From Candidatus Poribacteria bacterium (GTDB taxonomy: Bacteria > Poribacteria > WGA-4E > WGA-3G), in NCBI GenBank assembly GCA_965205025.1, contig CBDBFU010000009.1, forward strand, positions 1 through 64,000: a DNA stretch of 64,000 bases, read 5' to 3'. Positions within the stretch are counted from its first letter, which is position 1. Each line of letters starts with the position of its first letter. Below are positions 34,109-45,371 of the stretch, piece after piece. A program made the translations under genes and the position numbers. A model generated the notes under the pieces. That model was given only the letters and a program-made list of their open reading frames with translations, searched no databases and was not told the origin of the DNA.

Positions 34109-34912
34109 ATGTATAAAATCACACTTCTGAAGATTGCCTTCACAACAATACTTCTCTTATGTTTCACTACTATAGGGTCAACACAGATCTATTTTCCTTC
34201 TAATTACGGTAATACATGGGTATTAGAAAGTGAAGATGACGCTGAACGCGTTACCTATACTATTGAAACATCTGAAGAAACCTTTAATGGTAAACAGTTG
34301 GGACTCCTTACTATAACATTTGAAACTTTAGGTACAGAGTCAATTACGACTGATAAACTGTATGTTGATTTTGAGGAAGATGGAGTCAAACTCTACAGAA
34401 TCGAAGCAGATCTTGGACCAGTATTTGGTATTGCCCATGCAGTGTTTTATCCACCTGCTCTCTTTTATCCCTACACATTACAACTTGGTGATACATGGGA
34501 GGTTACAGCAGAAACAGAGGTCAAATTAACCGGTCCTGTTACATTTATAACGATTAACGAGGTAGTTGCAATTGAAGATATTGTAACACCCGTAAGAGTA
34601 TTCAAGAAGTGTGCGAAAATCAGAATACAGGGTAAGAGTACTTCCACATTAGGAAGTACACGTTCGACTTCATATCTATGGCTGGCACCCAATATCGGAC
34701 CCGTGAAATTTGAGAATACACAAGATATCGTATATCATTTAATACACTCTAATCTACTCTATGATGTAACCCAAGACGGCATCATAAATATATTAGATTT
34801 GGTATATGTGGCATCTCGGTTCGGAGAGGAAAATACGGAGGGAGATGTAAACAAGGACGGGGTCGTTGACATCTTAGATTTAACACTCGTCGCACAGCAC
34901 TTCGGAAACTAA
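34109..34912 (+). CDS. Secreted protein: shared N-terminal domain plus dockerin-type C-terminus
   Basis: YFP..YGNTW...WLAPNIGPVK; DVTQDGIINILDL, DVNKDGVVDILDL. Confidence 0.8.
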   Translation: MYKITLLKIAFTTILLLCFTTIGSTQIYFPSNYGNTWVLESEDDAERVTYTIETSEETFNGKQLGLLTITFETLGTESITTDKLYVDFEEDGVKLYRIEADLGPVFGIAHAVFYPPALFYPYTLQLGDTWEVTAETEVKLTGPVTFITINEVVAIEDIVTPVRVFKKCAKIRIQGKSTSTLGSTRSTSYLWLAPNIGPVKFENTQDIVYHLIHSNLLYDVTQDGIINILDLVYVASRFGEENTEGDVNKDGVVDILDLTLVAQHFGN

Positions 34913-34952
34913 TTAGAGTAAGTCAAAAACTTTGAAAGAAAATAACAAATCA

Positions 34953-36566
34953 CTATATAAGTCTTTTCAGAATTCCTTTTTCATCAAGTGTCTCATCATT
35001 CCAAGGATTCTTATCTGATTCTGTAATTTTCACAATACTATGGCTTTCCTCATCAATGTGCATTATTTGGTGTTGCCAAGAGAAATTGAGAGCTGAATTT
35101 CCACTATTATAGAAGATAATCTCTATGTTGTCCGAACTAACAATTGGTCTTACCAAAGATAGCAATTCTGCTGGGTTATGTTTTGTTCCGTTCGCTTGTC
35201 TGATCGCTATTAGTGGTTCCACCCTTCCAAAGATCTCACGAGTGCCAAGAAGTAATGGTCCATAGCAAGATGTAACAGCACCATGCCCCCAATTTCGACC
35301 ATGTCCAGCTGCCACCGAACAAACCGCGCCACCCATATCCGCATGTTCCCTCCCGCCACGCAACACACGTCTTGCGATATTCAGACGTGTTGCAGCATTC
35401 TGCAGTGCTCGGTGTACATAAGCCACATCCCCAGTCAACTGATAGGCAAGTGTCAATGTTGCTGTTGACGGTTCCCGTATCGGTTTAACAGAACCATCAT
35501 CTGACCATTCTCCCCAATACGCCATATCTGAACGTTTACCTACACCTAATTCACGACGACGAATCTCTTGTGGAAAAACAAGAGCAAGTAATTCAGGTGG
35601 AGTTGTTGGTAGGTTTTGCAAACCTACTTCAATAACTGAATCATAACTGGTATCTTGGAAAGTCCACCGATAATAACTAATCGCGGCAGCAGCAGGATCA
35701 TTAAACGGATCACTAAGCGACGATAAGAGCGGTTCTATGATACGCCTTGCAGCAGATTTGAAGATCTCTTCTCCAGTCAATAGATAAAGATCCCCAAAAG
35801 CATAAATAGCACCCGACGCCAGTAGGTTTTCAATACCTGCCAAGGGATCACCTGCGACATGATGTCCACTGGCAACAAGTCTATGCAGGTTTTTATCATT
35901 GACCTCTTCCTCATTTAGACCGTTTTCATTCAGATCCCAAAGAAGTGGCATCGGTCCTGAGGCAGCAATGATACGTTCCGCACGTTTCTGTCCATATCGG
36001 ATTGCCCAATCCACATACCGTTTCTCACCCGTGATGCTATATGTTGCTAAAGCAATGTGAATAAAACGGAAGTGTTCAGCGAGTTCATATCTGTCCTTCT
36101 CTTGGTTTTCAACGAATTCAGTACCGATATTATATCCGATAAATGTATCCCGGGTGTAATCATACCAATCCGGGATTCCAGATACCCAATTCCCTATATG
36201 TTCAGCAGCATCTGTCAATAGAGAAATCGCTTCTATATTCTCAGGTTTCAAACCGATATATCGAGGTAAGAAAAGTAGAAAAGGTTCAGGACCGTGATGA
36301 GCTTCAGCCTTTTTCTCATAGCCATGAAAACAATCCCGCTCCACCCAACCCGTGAGTGCATCTTTGAGTGTATCAAAGTGTTCAAGGACGTTTGAATCAC
36401 CTGTGATAAGATAGTGCGGGAACCATGCAAGTGCATAGTTTGCTTCATCTTCACCACCATCATTTGGGCCTGGTGGATCAAGCATCATGCTTTGCTTCAG
36501 CCAACGACGCATTTCTGTTCTGAGTGAGCTGTAGGCTTCAAAACAGTCGTTTAAAAGTTGGGTCAT
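34953..36566 (-). CDS. Hypothetical protein, possibly an (alpha/alpha)6-barrel sugar enzyme
   Basis: 537-aa ORF coupled (ATGA overlap) to the epimerase gene; helical repeats such as LYLLTGEEIF and AYQLTGD. Confidence 0.6.
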   Translation of the reverse strand: MTQLLNDCFEAYSSLRTEMRRWLKQSMMLDPPGPNDGGEDEANYALAWFPHYLITGDSNVLEHFDTLKDALTGWVERDCFHGYEKKAEAHHGPEPFLLFLPRYIGLKPENIEAISLLTDAAEHIGNWVSGIPDWYDYTRDTFIGYNIGTEFVENQEKDRYELAEHFRFIHIALATYSITGEKRYVDWAIRYGQKRAERIIAASGPMPLLWDLNENGLNEEEVNDKNLHRLVASGHHVAGDPLAGIENLLASGAIYAFGDLYLLTGEEIFKSAARRIIEPLLSSLSDPFNDPAAAAISYYRWTFQDTSYDSVIEVGLQNLPTTPPELLALVFPQEIRRRELGVGKRSDMAYWGEWSDDGSVKPIREPSTATLTLAYQLTGDVAYVHRALQNAATRLNIARRVLRGGREHADMGGAVCSVAAGHGRNWGHGAVTSCYGPLLLGTREIFGRVEPLIAIRQANGTKHNPAELLSLVRPIVSSDNIEIIFYNSGNSALNFSWQHQIMHIDEESHSIVKITESDKNPWNDETLDEKGILKRLI

Positions 36567-37372
36567 ATCAGGGTTCTCAAGAAATCAATACTACGTTTAG
36601 CGATGGTTTTGGGATCAGGTTTGAAATCGAACACCTCGGTTGAGACATAGCCAGTATAATCGATTTCTTTCAATGCTTCAATAATGGGGGGATAGTCAAC
36701 ATTTCCCGAACCGGGCAGATAACCGTTGTCATCGTTTGAATGAAAATGTGCTACATGTTCAGCACAGTTACGAATCTGTGTCGGCATATCCAAACCCTCT
36801 TTAGCAGTGCTACACACATCCAATATCATTTGGAAGTTTGGATGGTCCACAGCCTTCACCATCTCAACAGCTGTATCAGGATTTGTTATAAAATCTGTCT
36901 GATCACTGGAAAGTGGTTCCATACATAAGATAACACCTTTTTCTCCTGCAAGTTCTGCCCCCGCAGTAAAGGTGTCTTTGGCATAATCCCATGCCTCATC
37001 AAATGTCAGCGGATCCATGACACTCCGTTGTTTTGGAGAACCGAAAACCAAAATGCGACCATCTAAATCCGCACATAGTTCAATTAGAGCAAGAAGATAA
37101 TCACGGGTCTCTTCACGAATATCCGCATCTGGATGATTTATATAGAGTCCTTCCGGGGACACAAGGAGCCAATGCAATCCGGCAATCTCAATTTTTGCAT
37201 TTTCAGCAGCTTTTCGTATACCATTTCTTTCTGCTTCACTAATATCCAATACTGAATCTGCCAATGTAAAGGGCGCAATTTCCACTGCATCGTATCCGAG
37301 TTCAGCAGCGTAAGTCAGTACATCTTCTATTTTCCAATCTTCAAACATTTCGTTGCATATAGCAAGTTTCAT
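36563..37372 (-). CDS. Sugar phosphate isomerase/epimerase (xylose-isomerase-like TIM barrel)
   Basis: GYDAVEIAP, VFGSPKQR, CMEPL, HFHSND, PGSG, STEVF. Confidence 0.88.
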   Translation of the reverse strand: MKLAICNEMFEDWKIEDVLTYAAELGYDAVEIAPFTLADSVLDISEAERNGIRKAAENAKIEIAGLHWLLVSPEGLYINHPDADIREETRDYLLALIELCADLDGRILVFGSPKQRSVMDPLTFDEAWDYAKDTFTAGAELAGEKGVILCMEPLSSDQTDFITNPDTAVEMVKAVDHPNFQMILDVCSTAKEGLDMPTQIRNCAEHVAHFHSNDDNGYLPGSGNVDYPPIIEALKEIDYTGYVSTEVFDFKPDPKTIAKRSIDFLRTLI

Positions 37373-37455
37373 ATATATCTCCATTCCCATTTTTATTCAA
37401 TTCTAATCAGTTTATGCCTTTCTGGTAAGATTCTAAAGGTTGGATAGAATCACTA

Positions 37456-38292
37456 CTAAGACATGACTAACCCACCTGAAACGGTGATAGATAAACCTGT
37501 CATATAGGAGGATTCCTCAGAGGCAAGAAAAGCTGCCATATTCGCAACATCCGCGCCTTTAGCAAGTCTACCTAAAGGCACAACTGATTCGGAACGACGT
37601 GCAAATTCCGCTCTTTGTTCCTCAGCAGATAGATCATCCGGCATCATAGCAGCAGCTAAATGTCCCACACGTTCCGTATCTACAAGACTTGGACAAATTG
37701 CATTAACATTCACGTGGTAAGGTGCAAGTTCATAAGCAAGCGACTGTGTAAATCCAATGACAGCAAATTTAGATGCACAATAAGCTGCATAACTTGCAGA
37801 ACCTTGTTTACCAGTGATTGAGGAGAGATTGATTATCTTCCCACCTGTTCCTTGTTGAATCAAATGTCGTACCACTGCTTGACAACAGAGAAATACCCCT
37901 TTTACATTGACATTTTGTACTCTATCCCAATCCTCTTCAGCAAGGTCTACAACAGGCACACGATCCTTGCCTGCCTTCGTACCAGCATTATTCACAAGGA
38001 TATCTATTTTACCGAAATGAGTGACAGTTCTGTTAACCATTTCGGATACCTGCTGAGCATCAGAAACATCTGCAACAACACTGATAACTTTCCTACCCAT
38101 GGACTCAATTTCACTAACCACATCCGGTAGTCCTCTCCACTCTGTATCATCCGCTGCATAAGGATGTTCGGTAAGATCATTAACAGCAATATCCGCACCT
38201 TCTTTTGCTAAGCGGGTTGCAATTGCACGACCAATACCGTTTTTACCTCCAGCACCTGTAACTAAGGCAACTTTTCCATTAAGATTATACAT
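37456..38292 (-). CDS. SDR family oxidoreductase
   Basis: TGAG..GIG, NNAG, YCASK. Confidence 0.9.
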   Translation of the reverse strand: MYNLNGKVALVTGAGGKNGIGRAIATRLAKEGADIAVNDLTEHPYAADDTEWRGLPDVVSEIESMGRKVISVVADVSDAQQVSEMVNRTVTHFGKIDILVNNAGTKAGKDRVPVVDLAEEDWDRVQNVNVKGVFLCCQAVVRHLIQQGTGGKIINLSSITGKQGSASYAAYCASKFAVIGFTQSLAYELAPYHVNVNAICPSLVDTERVGHLAAAMMPDDLSAEEQRAEFARRSESVVPLGRLAKGADVANMAAFLASEESSYMTGLSITVSGGLVMS

Positions 38293-38430
38293 TGGAAGGT
38301 CTCTTTTTCAGATGGATTGCATTTGTAGGAGTCAACCCCGATTCCAGACTCTTTCAAAATAGGTAAAAGATTCCTGAATGCGTCTGAGTTATGATATGTG
38401 AATCTTAAGATTTATAGGTGTCTATGGAAC

Positions 38431-39219
38431 TTATCTCTTGATCGCACCCCACGTCAAAGCAAGTTTACCCAAGGGTTCTACGTCTAAAAATTCTTTATCA
38501 AAGGTAAGGTCTCCGAATGCAAGAGGATCCCATGCTTGACCTGCAATCCAACCTATTTGGTGTTGCCGTGTCCCATTTTCACAGTCATTAAAGTGGAAAC
38601 TCAATCCAATCGTCAATCCATCTTTCGCTTTAAAATCCTTCCCTGCATTGGCGTTACCGGGGTTAGGTCCGCGTGGCCCCGGATGCATCAATAGCAACTT
38701 CGTATGTGTATTTTGTTCCTTCCTTTATCAGCACCCATTCCGTGTTTTCGCGTGAAGCCCGCAGCGGAATGATCCTTACCATTCGCCCCAAGTGTCCACT
38801 GTACCAGCGCAGCTCTAACAATCTCATTATCAAAATCAAACATAAACTCCACACTATCATCTTCCCACCACTTCCGCATTCTCTGGATTAATATCTTGGA
38901 GTTTATCATCGGTGATTTCTACAGCAAAGTAAATACGAGAAGCGTCATTCGCACTCCAAGCGACCCGTCCTTTTCCTGAAAAATCACTTGCATTTGGTAA
39001 TGCTGCACCAGCATCTTTCAGCTGATCGAAATCTACAACCTCAGCACGAACCCATTCCTGCAGTTTACCATCAATTTTAATGTTATCAATCTGTTTGGCA
39101 ACATACTCTTTATCGCGTTCGGCTAAAGAAACACTCGTAATGTAAAATGTTAAAACAACTGTCAGTAGAATTGATAATGTACTATTAATACAGTCAATTA
39201 GATTATGTTCTCTCTTCAT
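38431..39219 (-). CDS. Secreted CBM9-like sugar-binding protein with TWG tail, split by about three indels
   Basis: IKIDGKLQEW, IYFAVEITDD, WWEDDSVEF, YEVAI, IGLSFHFND, KLALTWGAIKR spread across four ORF fragments. Confidence 0.72.
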
Positions 39220-39253
39220 ATAATTAGTCCTTTGTATAATGATTTATTGTTGG

Positions 39254-39442
39254 TCATCCTTGGAATATCTTCCGAAGAATTAAATACGCACCGCCAACAG
39301 TAATGACGAATAACGATAGTAAGATTACAGTTCCAATTATGAAACTTGCTAAACCAAACAGTAGCTTGATAATCTCTAAAAAGACAGCGACACAGATTAG
39401 AACAATTACTATACCTACAACGATCAGTAATATTTTATTCAT
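39254..39442 (-). CDS. Small two-TM membrane protein
   Basis: Highly hydrophobic 62-aa ORF. Confidence 0.55.
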   Translation of the reverse strand: MNKILLIVVGIVIVLICVAVFLEIIKLLFGLASFIIGTVILLSLFVITVGGAYLILRKIFQG

Positions 39443-39603
39443 AACTTTGTACCGATATGATTTGAAGTCTGTTGAGGAGTTGAGATATATTTATTATATT
39501 CAATAGTTAGGTGCGGAAGTTAACGCCGCACCTAACAAGGTTATTTCGTAATTTAAATAGAATGGACAATACTCTGGGTTGTCTTGAAGACTTACATATT
39601 AAT

Positions 39604-40381
39604 CTACTGCTTAAGACTACCCCACGTAACAGCTATTTTCTCTTTGGCATCAACAGCCAATCCACTTTCAAGTCCATCATTCATGAGAGCATTAACATCA
39701 TCCTCACTTAACACTGTATTGAAAACGATGAATTCGTCAAACATACCTTGCCAATGCCGTTGACCATCCCAAGATCCGATCTTACCCGGGTCAAGAACTC
39801 CAGGATTGCCACCCCAATCGCGTTCAGCATTTAGTTCTCCATTGATATAGAAACGGATCTTCTTTTCTGTGGCACTATAGGCAGTCGCAATATGGATCCA
39901 TTTGTTTAATTCACCACCGACTACAGCGAAGTCAGCGAATGTATCATTTCCACCAGGGATTGCCATTAATGGAGAATTCTACTTTATTATTAGGATGTAA
40001 CTGGTAATGAATATCTCCACCTTTCCAACCAGCATTGTTAAAGAATGTCCGCCAATCGTTTTCTCTACCTGTACATTTTACCCAATGAGCCAAAGTAACC
40101 TCTTCAAACGATCCCATTCTTTTGTTAATGACAACCCATTCACTTGACCCGTTCAGTTCGATTGCTTTACCAATCTTACCTTCAACAAATTTTCCACCTT
40201 TGAGTTCACCATCAAAACCATTACCAGAAACATCCTTAGCATCACCATCAAATAACCAGCCAGCGACAACCATTTCACTGGTAATTTCCGCTGAAGATAG
40301 TATACTGACACCCAAAATGAGAATTAGTGTAAATAGATAAGTGATATATCTAATCAAAATACACCCCCTATGTGTATACAT
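39604..40381 (-). CDS. Secreted LamG/concanavalin-like protein with TWG tail, one indel near 39955
   Basis: WLFDG.AKD.SGNG, WIHIATAY, FYING, GMFDE, KIAVTWGSLKQ; an extra C in AAT CCC TGG breaks NPGGND. Confidence 0.8.
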
Positions 40382-40476
40382 ATCGGAAAACTATAAGTCT
40401 CCATTTTAATCAATTGAACTTAGTTTATACAACATATAACCAAACTATAATATGATGTCTCATTCAATGTTTATCT

Positions 40477-41359
40477 CTATATTGATCTATGTTTTGCTAC
40501 ACCACGTGGATTTTCAAATGCATCTACCCATAGAGTCACACCACTCTTGATGATCTGTGAGAACAGTATCAGGATTCTTCTTACTCCGTACAATAAATTC
40601 TGGATGTGCAGTTCTACCCGTATGATGACCAGTTGTTTGAAAACGCAGATCCAATGACCAGCGACACCGATCTGACTTATTTGGTTGTGATCGGTGTGGG
40701 GTAAAACGACTCAGCAATATCACGTCTCCTCGATGGCATTCAAGCATCATCGGTTCAAAGTCTGGCATAAGGTCTGGTACAATCATAGTACCACCCTCTT
40801 TTTGGTGTGTAAGATACCCAATATCCTCCGTAACACCGGGTAATGCTTCAAGACACCCCATTTCAATAGTACTATCACCCAACGGCAACCAACAGGTAAC
40901 GACATTTGAACCTTCGGCTTCCTCCATCATAACACCTGCATCTTGATGCCACGGGACACCACCTGCCCAACTTGCGTTCCCATCAATGACTGGTGGTTTG
41001 GCACGTACATGCTGAATAGGGTTACAGGTAATTTCTGGACCGACAATACCTTCTATGACATCCAGCAGATTCTCGTTTCTCATGAAATCGAAGATCGCTT
41101 TACCCCGATAATGCATGATGTCCATGCCATTTGTTATCTCACCAGACTGGGAAAGGAGTTTGGCAAATCGCTTATCAAACGGTTCATCTACACAAAGGTC
41201 TTCAATCTTTCCATCCTGTAGTAAGGCTTCAGCACGCTCCGAAATCCAATCCTCAATTTCTGTTATCACAGGTTGAACATCTTCATCTGTTAACGCGTCA
41301 TTTACAACCAGAACACCCCGCTCACGATAGGTATCTTTCTGTTCTTGTGTTAATCTCAT
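40477..41359 (-). CDS. Phytanoyl-CoA dioxygenase family protein with a C-terminal indel
   Basis: PWHQD, TCWLPL, TPHRS, RWSLDLRF; the alternative frame ends ...WVDAFENPRGVAKHRSI* at 40477. Confidence 0.85.
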
Positions 41360-41500
41360 ATATTACCTTCAATAACTTGGTAAAATTAGGTAGAAATGTG
41401 ATCTGATCAACAATTCAATCAAAGTACAATTTGTCGCATATAATAGCATAAAAATATACTATAGACAAGTAGAAATAGAACACTTAACTATATACACTCC

Positions 41501-41529
41501 TTGCAAATAATACCTATGCATGCTATAAT
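41501..41529 (+). promoter_or_regulatory. Sigma70 promoter upstream of sucC
   Basis: TTGCAA-17 nt-TATAAT with extended -10 TG. Confidence 0.6.
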
Positions 41530-41611
41530 TCATAGGATAAAAACTTACCAAAACTAACCAGTCTACATACTGGTATCAATACCGAAAGGATTATTATCAC
41601 ACTACTAAAAG

Positions 41612-42797
41612 ATGAATATACATGAATACCAAGCCAAACAAATTTTAGAATCCTTCGGAGTTAATACCCTTCTGGGGCAAGTAGCTGAAACACCCGAAGA
41701 AGCTGAATCAATTGCCAGTAGAATAAATTGTACACAATATGTTGTCAAAGCACAAATTCACGCAGGTGGACGTGCAAAAGGTGGTGGGGTAAAACTCGCA
41801 CGCTCAGTCGCTGAAGTCAAAAAACACGCTGAATCAATGATAGGAATGCAGTTGGTTACACCTCAAACTGGACCAGAAGGAAAACTTGTTAACAAAGTCT
41901 TAATCGTTGAAGCAGCAGAAATACAGAAAGAATTCTACCTTGCTATTCTACTGGATCGTGAAACATCAGAACTCACACTAATCGGTAGTGAAGAGGGCGG
42001 GGTCAATATAGAAGAAGTTGCAGAAAATACGCCAGAGAAAATCATAAAATCATCTATTAATCCTGCATTTGGGTTAACAGTTTTCCAAGTACGTAATTTC
42101 GCATACAAATTAATCACCAACGAAGAATATCAACAGATTATTCCAAACGCGACTGAATTGATTACTTCACTTTACAATGCATTCGTTGAATGTGATTGTT
42201 CACTAATTGAAATTAATCCTTTGGCAATAGTAGGTGAAGCTGATAACTTACAAATTGTGGCACTCGATTCCAAGGTTAACTTGGATGACAACTCTCTCTG
42301 GAGAAATCCCTGAAATTGCTGAATTGCGTGATCCCAATGAAGAAGATCCAAGTGAATTGGAGGCAAGTGAATCAGGGCTAAGTTATATTCGTCTCGATGG
42401 AAATATCGGGTGCATGGTAAACGGTGCCGGATTAGCTATGGCAACGATGGATATAATAAAACAAAAAGGGGGTGAACCGGCAAACTTTCTTGATGTCGGT
42501 GGAGGAGCATCAGCGGAAGCAGTTGCTCACGCTTTCAGGCTGATCTTAGCAGACGAAAATGTTAAAGCCGTTCTTGTAAATATCTTCGGTGGTATTATGA
42601 AATGCGATACCATTGCTACAGGTATTGTGGAAGCTGCAAAACAGGTTGAACTCAATGTACCCCTTGTCGTTCGCTTAGAAGGGACAAATGTTGAACTTGG
42701 AAAACAGATTATAGATAATTCCAACTTAAACGTGTTACAAGCAGAAGGACTCTCCCATGCAGCTGAACTTGCCGTGAATGCAGCAAACACCGTATAG
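41612..42797 (+). CDS. sucC: Succinyl-CoA synthetase beta subunit, one extra C near 42309
   Basis: [54 protein letters not shown]. Confidence 0.93.
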
Positions 42798-42805
42798 AGG
42801 TATTC

Positions 42806-43793
42806 TTGAACGAACATAACAAAGAACAGACTGAATCAGATGAGAATGTCCTACCACATCAACAATACGACATTGTAGGAAAAGAGCCTTTCTATACATA
42901 TCCTAAAGATATGCTACAATTTCTTATCAATAGAGAAGATTTTGAATTTATTGAACATGTTGATACCAATTTGACAACTGTTGAGGTCCGGCACATGGAC
43001 ATCTTGCTAAAGATTTTGTTAGATCAACAACCAGTATTAATTCACTGTGAAATCCAGACAAATGACAGTAGTTACCCAAATATGGTTCAACGGAACGTTG
43101 GATATCTCGGCAGATGTTATGAAAAATATGGACTCCCAATCTATTCTTATGTGCTTTATCTTCGATCAACCGCAGGAGTGAGAGATCCAGGAGGATATTT
43201 TCAAGATGTGCCGGGACACCGTTTCATTGTCGAATATCAGGTAATCCGATTGAGTGAGATTGATGGTGAAACAATTCTTCAAGCACAGCAACCAGGTTTA
43301 ATGCCTTTTACACCGCTGATGAAATCGCCAGTTGGTATGTCTGATGTTAATTGGACTACCCATTGTGCTGAGGTAACACACCAACTATCTATGGATGGAG
43401 AATCAAGGAATAATTTACTGGTAGAACTATGGATAATGAGTGGTTTAGTTCATGAACGACAACATCTGATGTCGTTAAATAAAGGAGAATATCATGGAAG
43501 ATTCTACTGTTTATCAAATGATTATTGAACGGGGTATTGAACAAGGTATTGAACAGGGTATTGAACAAGGTATTGAACAGGGTAAAAAATCTGGAGCAAA
43601 AGAAAGTACTATTGAGAGTATCATAGGAATTCTTGATAAACAATTCGAGATGGAGACTGCTCCTGTTTTGACACCTTTACTTCAACCAATCAACGATTTA
43701 CAACTACTTAGAAAACTGTTTAACGAAGCCTTAGAAGTAGAGCATTTAGAGCATTTTATACGATCTATACAAACGAATTCTAATGGTAAATAG
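42806..43793 (+). CDS. Rpn family recombination-promoting nuclease / PD-(D/E)XK putative transposase, indel near 43477
   Basis: MDILL..IHCEIQT, YVLYL, YQVIRL, LMPFTPLM, MEDSTVYQ..(GIEQ)x4 tail. Confidence 0.8.
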
Positions 43794-43807
43794 ATAATAA
43801 TGTATAA

Positions 43808-43928
43808 CTAATACCATTTCTATTTAAATAGTTCACATTATGAATACTCTTAGTAGTCCCCCTGATAAGGGGATTTAGGGGGTTTCTTCAATTAGTAATG
43901 AGTAATCATCAATTAAAAATGGTATTAG
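43808..43928. mobile_element. MITE-like unit
   Basis: 12-bp TIR CTAATACCATTT / AAATGGTATTAG; inner CCCCCTGATAAGGGGATTTAGGGGG. Confidence 0.65.
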
Positions 43929-43940
43929 ATAGGAATTACC

Positions 43941-44018
43941 AAGCCTCGGAGAGGCGACAGGTGTGTAGAAGACGTTGCTACCCAAAACTACAAACCCCGG
44001 AGGGGTGACAGGTGTATC
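43941..44018 (+). repeat. REP-like hairpin doublet
   Basis: GCCTCGGAGAGGC-GACAGGTGTGTAGAA...ACCCCGGAGGGGT-GACAGGTGTAT. Confidence 0.7.
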
Positions 44019-44134
44019 ATAACATTTACTTCGAACTATCAACGATTTACAATGACTTAGAAAACTGTCTTCTAATTTAATAGATGTAATAATCAATATA
44101 TTGTATAACGAACATTAGACACAGAAAGAGAAAA

Positions 44135-45325
44135 ATGGCAAAACTTGAGTTAGCAGACATAGACGTATCAGGAAAACGGGTTCTCGTACGCGTAGACTTT
44201 AATGTTCCAATCAAAGAAGGGAAAATCTCTGACGAAACCCGTATTACTGCTGCATTACCTACTATATTAGATCTACTCCATAGAAATGCCAAAATTATCC
44301 TTATCACTCATTTGGGGAGACCAACAGTAGGATCAAACGAAGATAACAAAATCTTTTCAACTGAACCGATCGCCACAGCACTTAACCAAAAGCTTGGAAT
44401 ACGGATAAAGCATGTTGATGATTGCATCGGAGAATCTGTTCAAAACGCTGCTGATTCCTTAGATAATGGTGAGATATTACTCCTTGAGAATGTGCGATTC
44501 TATACTGAGGAAACAGAGAATGATCCCAATTTTGCAAAGCAACTCGCTTCACTTGCAGATGTATATGTAAATGATGCTTTCGGTACAGCTCATCGAGCAC
44601 ACGCATCAACAGAAGGGGTAACACACCATTTAAACACATGTGCTGCAGGATTACTCATGGCACGAGAAATTCATTATCTCAGCATGAGTATTGAAGATCC
44701 CGAACGTCCTTATGTCGCAATTCTTGGGGGTGCTAAAATCTCTGACAAAATTACACTAATTGAAAATCTACTGGATAAGGTTGATCATCTATTAATCGGT
44801 GGAGGGATGGCTTACACATTCCTCGCTGCTATGGGTATTTCAATTGGAAATTCACTTGTTGAGACTGAGAAACTTGACGTAGCAACATCACTTATTAAAA
44901 AGAAAGGATTTATTGATAAGGTTAGTCTTCCAATTGATCACATTCTCGGACAGGAATTTGATCCTGATACTGAATCCCGGGTTGTTGATGAGACGGCTAT
45001 TCCTGACGGATGGCAAGGTTTGGATATTGGTCCAAAAACTGTCGCTGCATTTGGTGATAGAATTAAAGCATCGAAAACAGTTGTATGGAACGGTCCCTTA
45101 GGTGTCTACGAGTTTGAAAAGTTTGCTAAAGGTACAATTGAAATTGCAAGACAAATAGCTGAGTCAGATACAATGAGCATTATTGGTGGAGGGGATTGTG
45201 TTGCAGCAATCCAACAAGCAGGTGTGGCAGACAGAATCACACATGTTTCCACAGGTGGTGGCGCATCACTGGAGTTCTTAGAAGGTAAACCCCTGCCCGG
45301 TATCACAGCATTAACTGATAAATAA
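44135..45325 (+). CDS. pgk: Phosphoglycerate kinase
   Basis: RVDFNVP, HLGRP, LLENVRF, NDAFGTAHRAHAS, GGAKISDK, STGGGASLE. Confidence 0.97.
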   Translation: MAKLELADIDVSGKRVLVRVDFNVPIKEGKISDETRITAALPTILDLLHRNAKIILITHLGRPTVGSNEDNKIFSTEPIATALNQKLGIRIKHVDDCIGESVQNAADSLDNGEILLLENVRFYTEETENDPNFAKQLASLADVYVNDAFGTAHRAHASTEGVTHHLNTCAAGLLMAREIHYLSMSIEDPERPYVAILGGAKISDKITLIENLLDKVDHLLIGGGMAYTFLAAMGISIGNSLVETEKLDVATSLIKKKGFIDKVSLPIDHILGQEFDPDTESRVVDETAIPDGWQGLDIGPKTVAAFGDRIKASKTVVWNGPLGVYEFEKFAKGTIEIARQIAESDTMSIIGGGDCVAAIQQAGVADRITHVSTGGGASLEFLEGKPLPGITALTDK

Positions 45326-45371
45326 CGAAACTAACAACTATTTACTATTTACTATAAACTAAAAACTAATT

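Noticed and set aside
42234-42320. Programmed frameshift in sucC
   Set aside because: No slippery heptamer; it is the same extra-C pattern as at 39955, so likely an error
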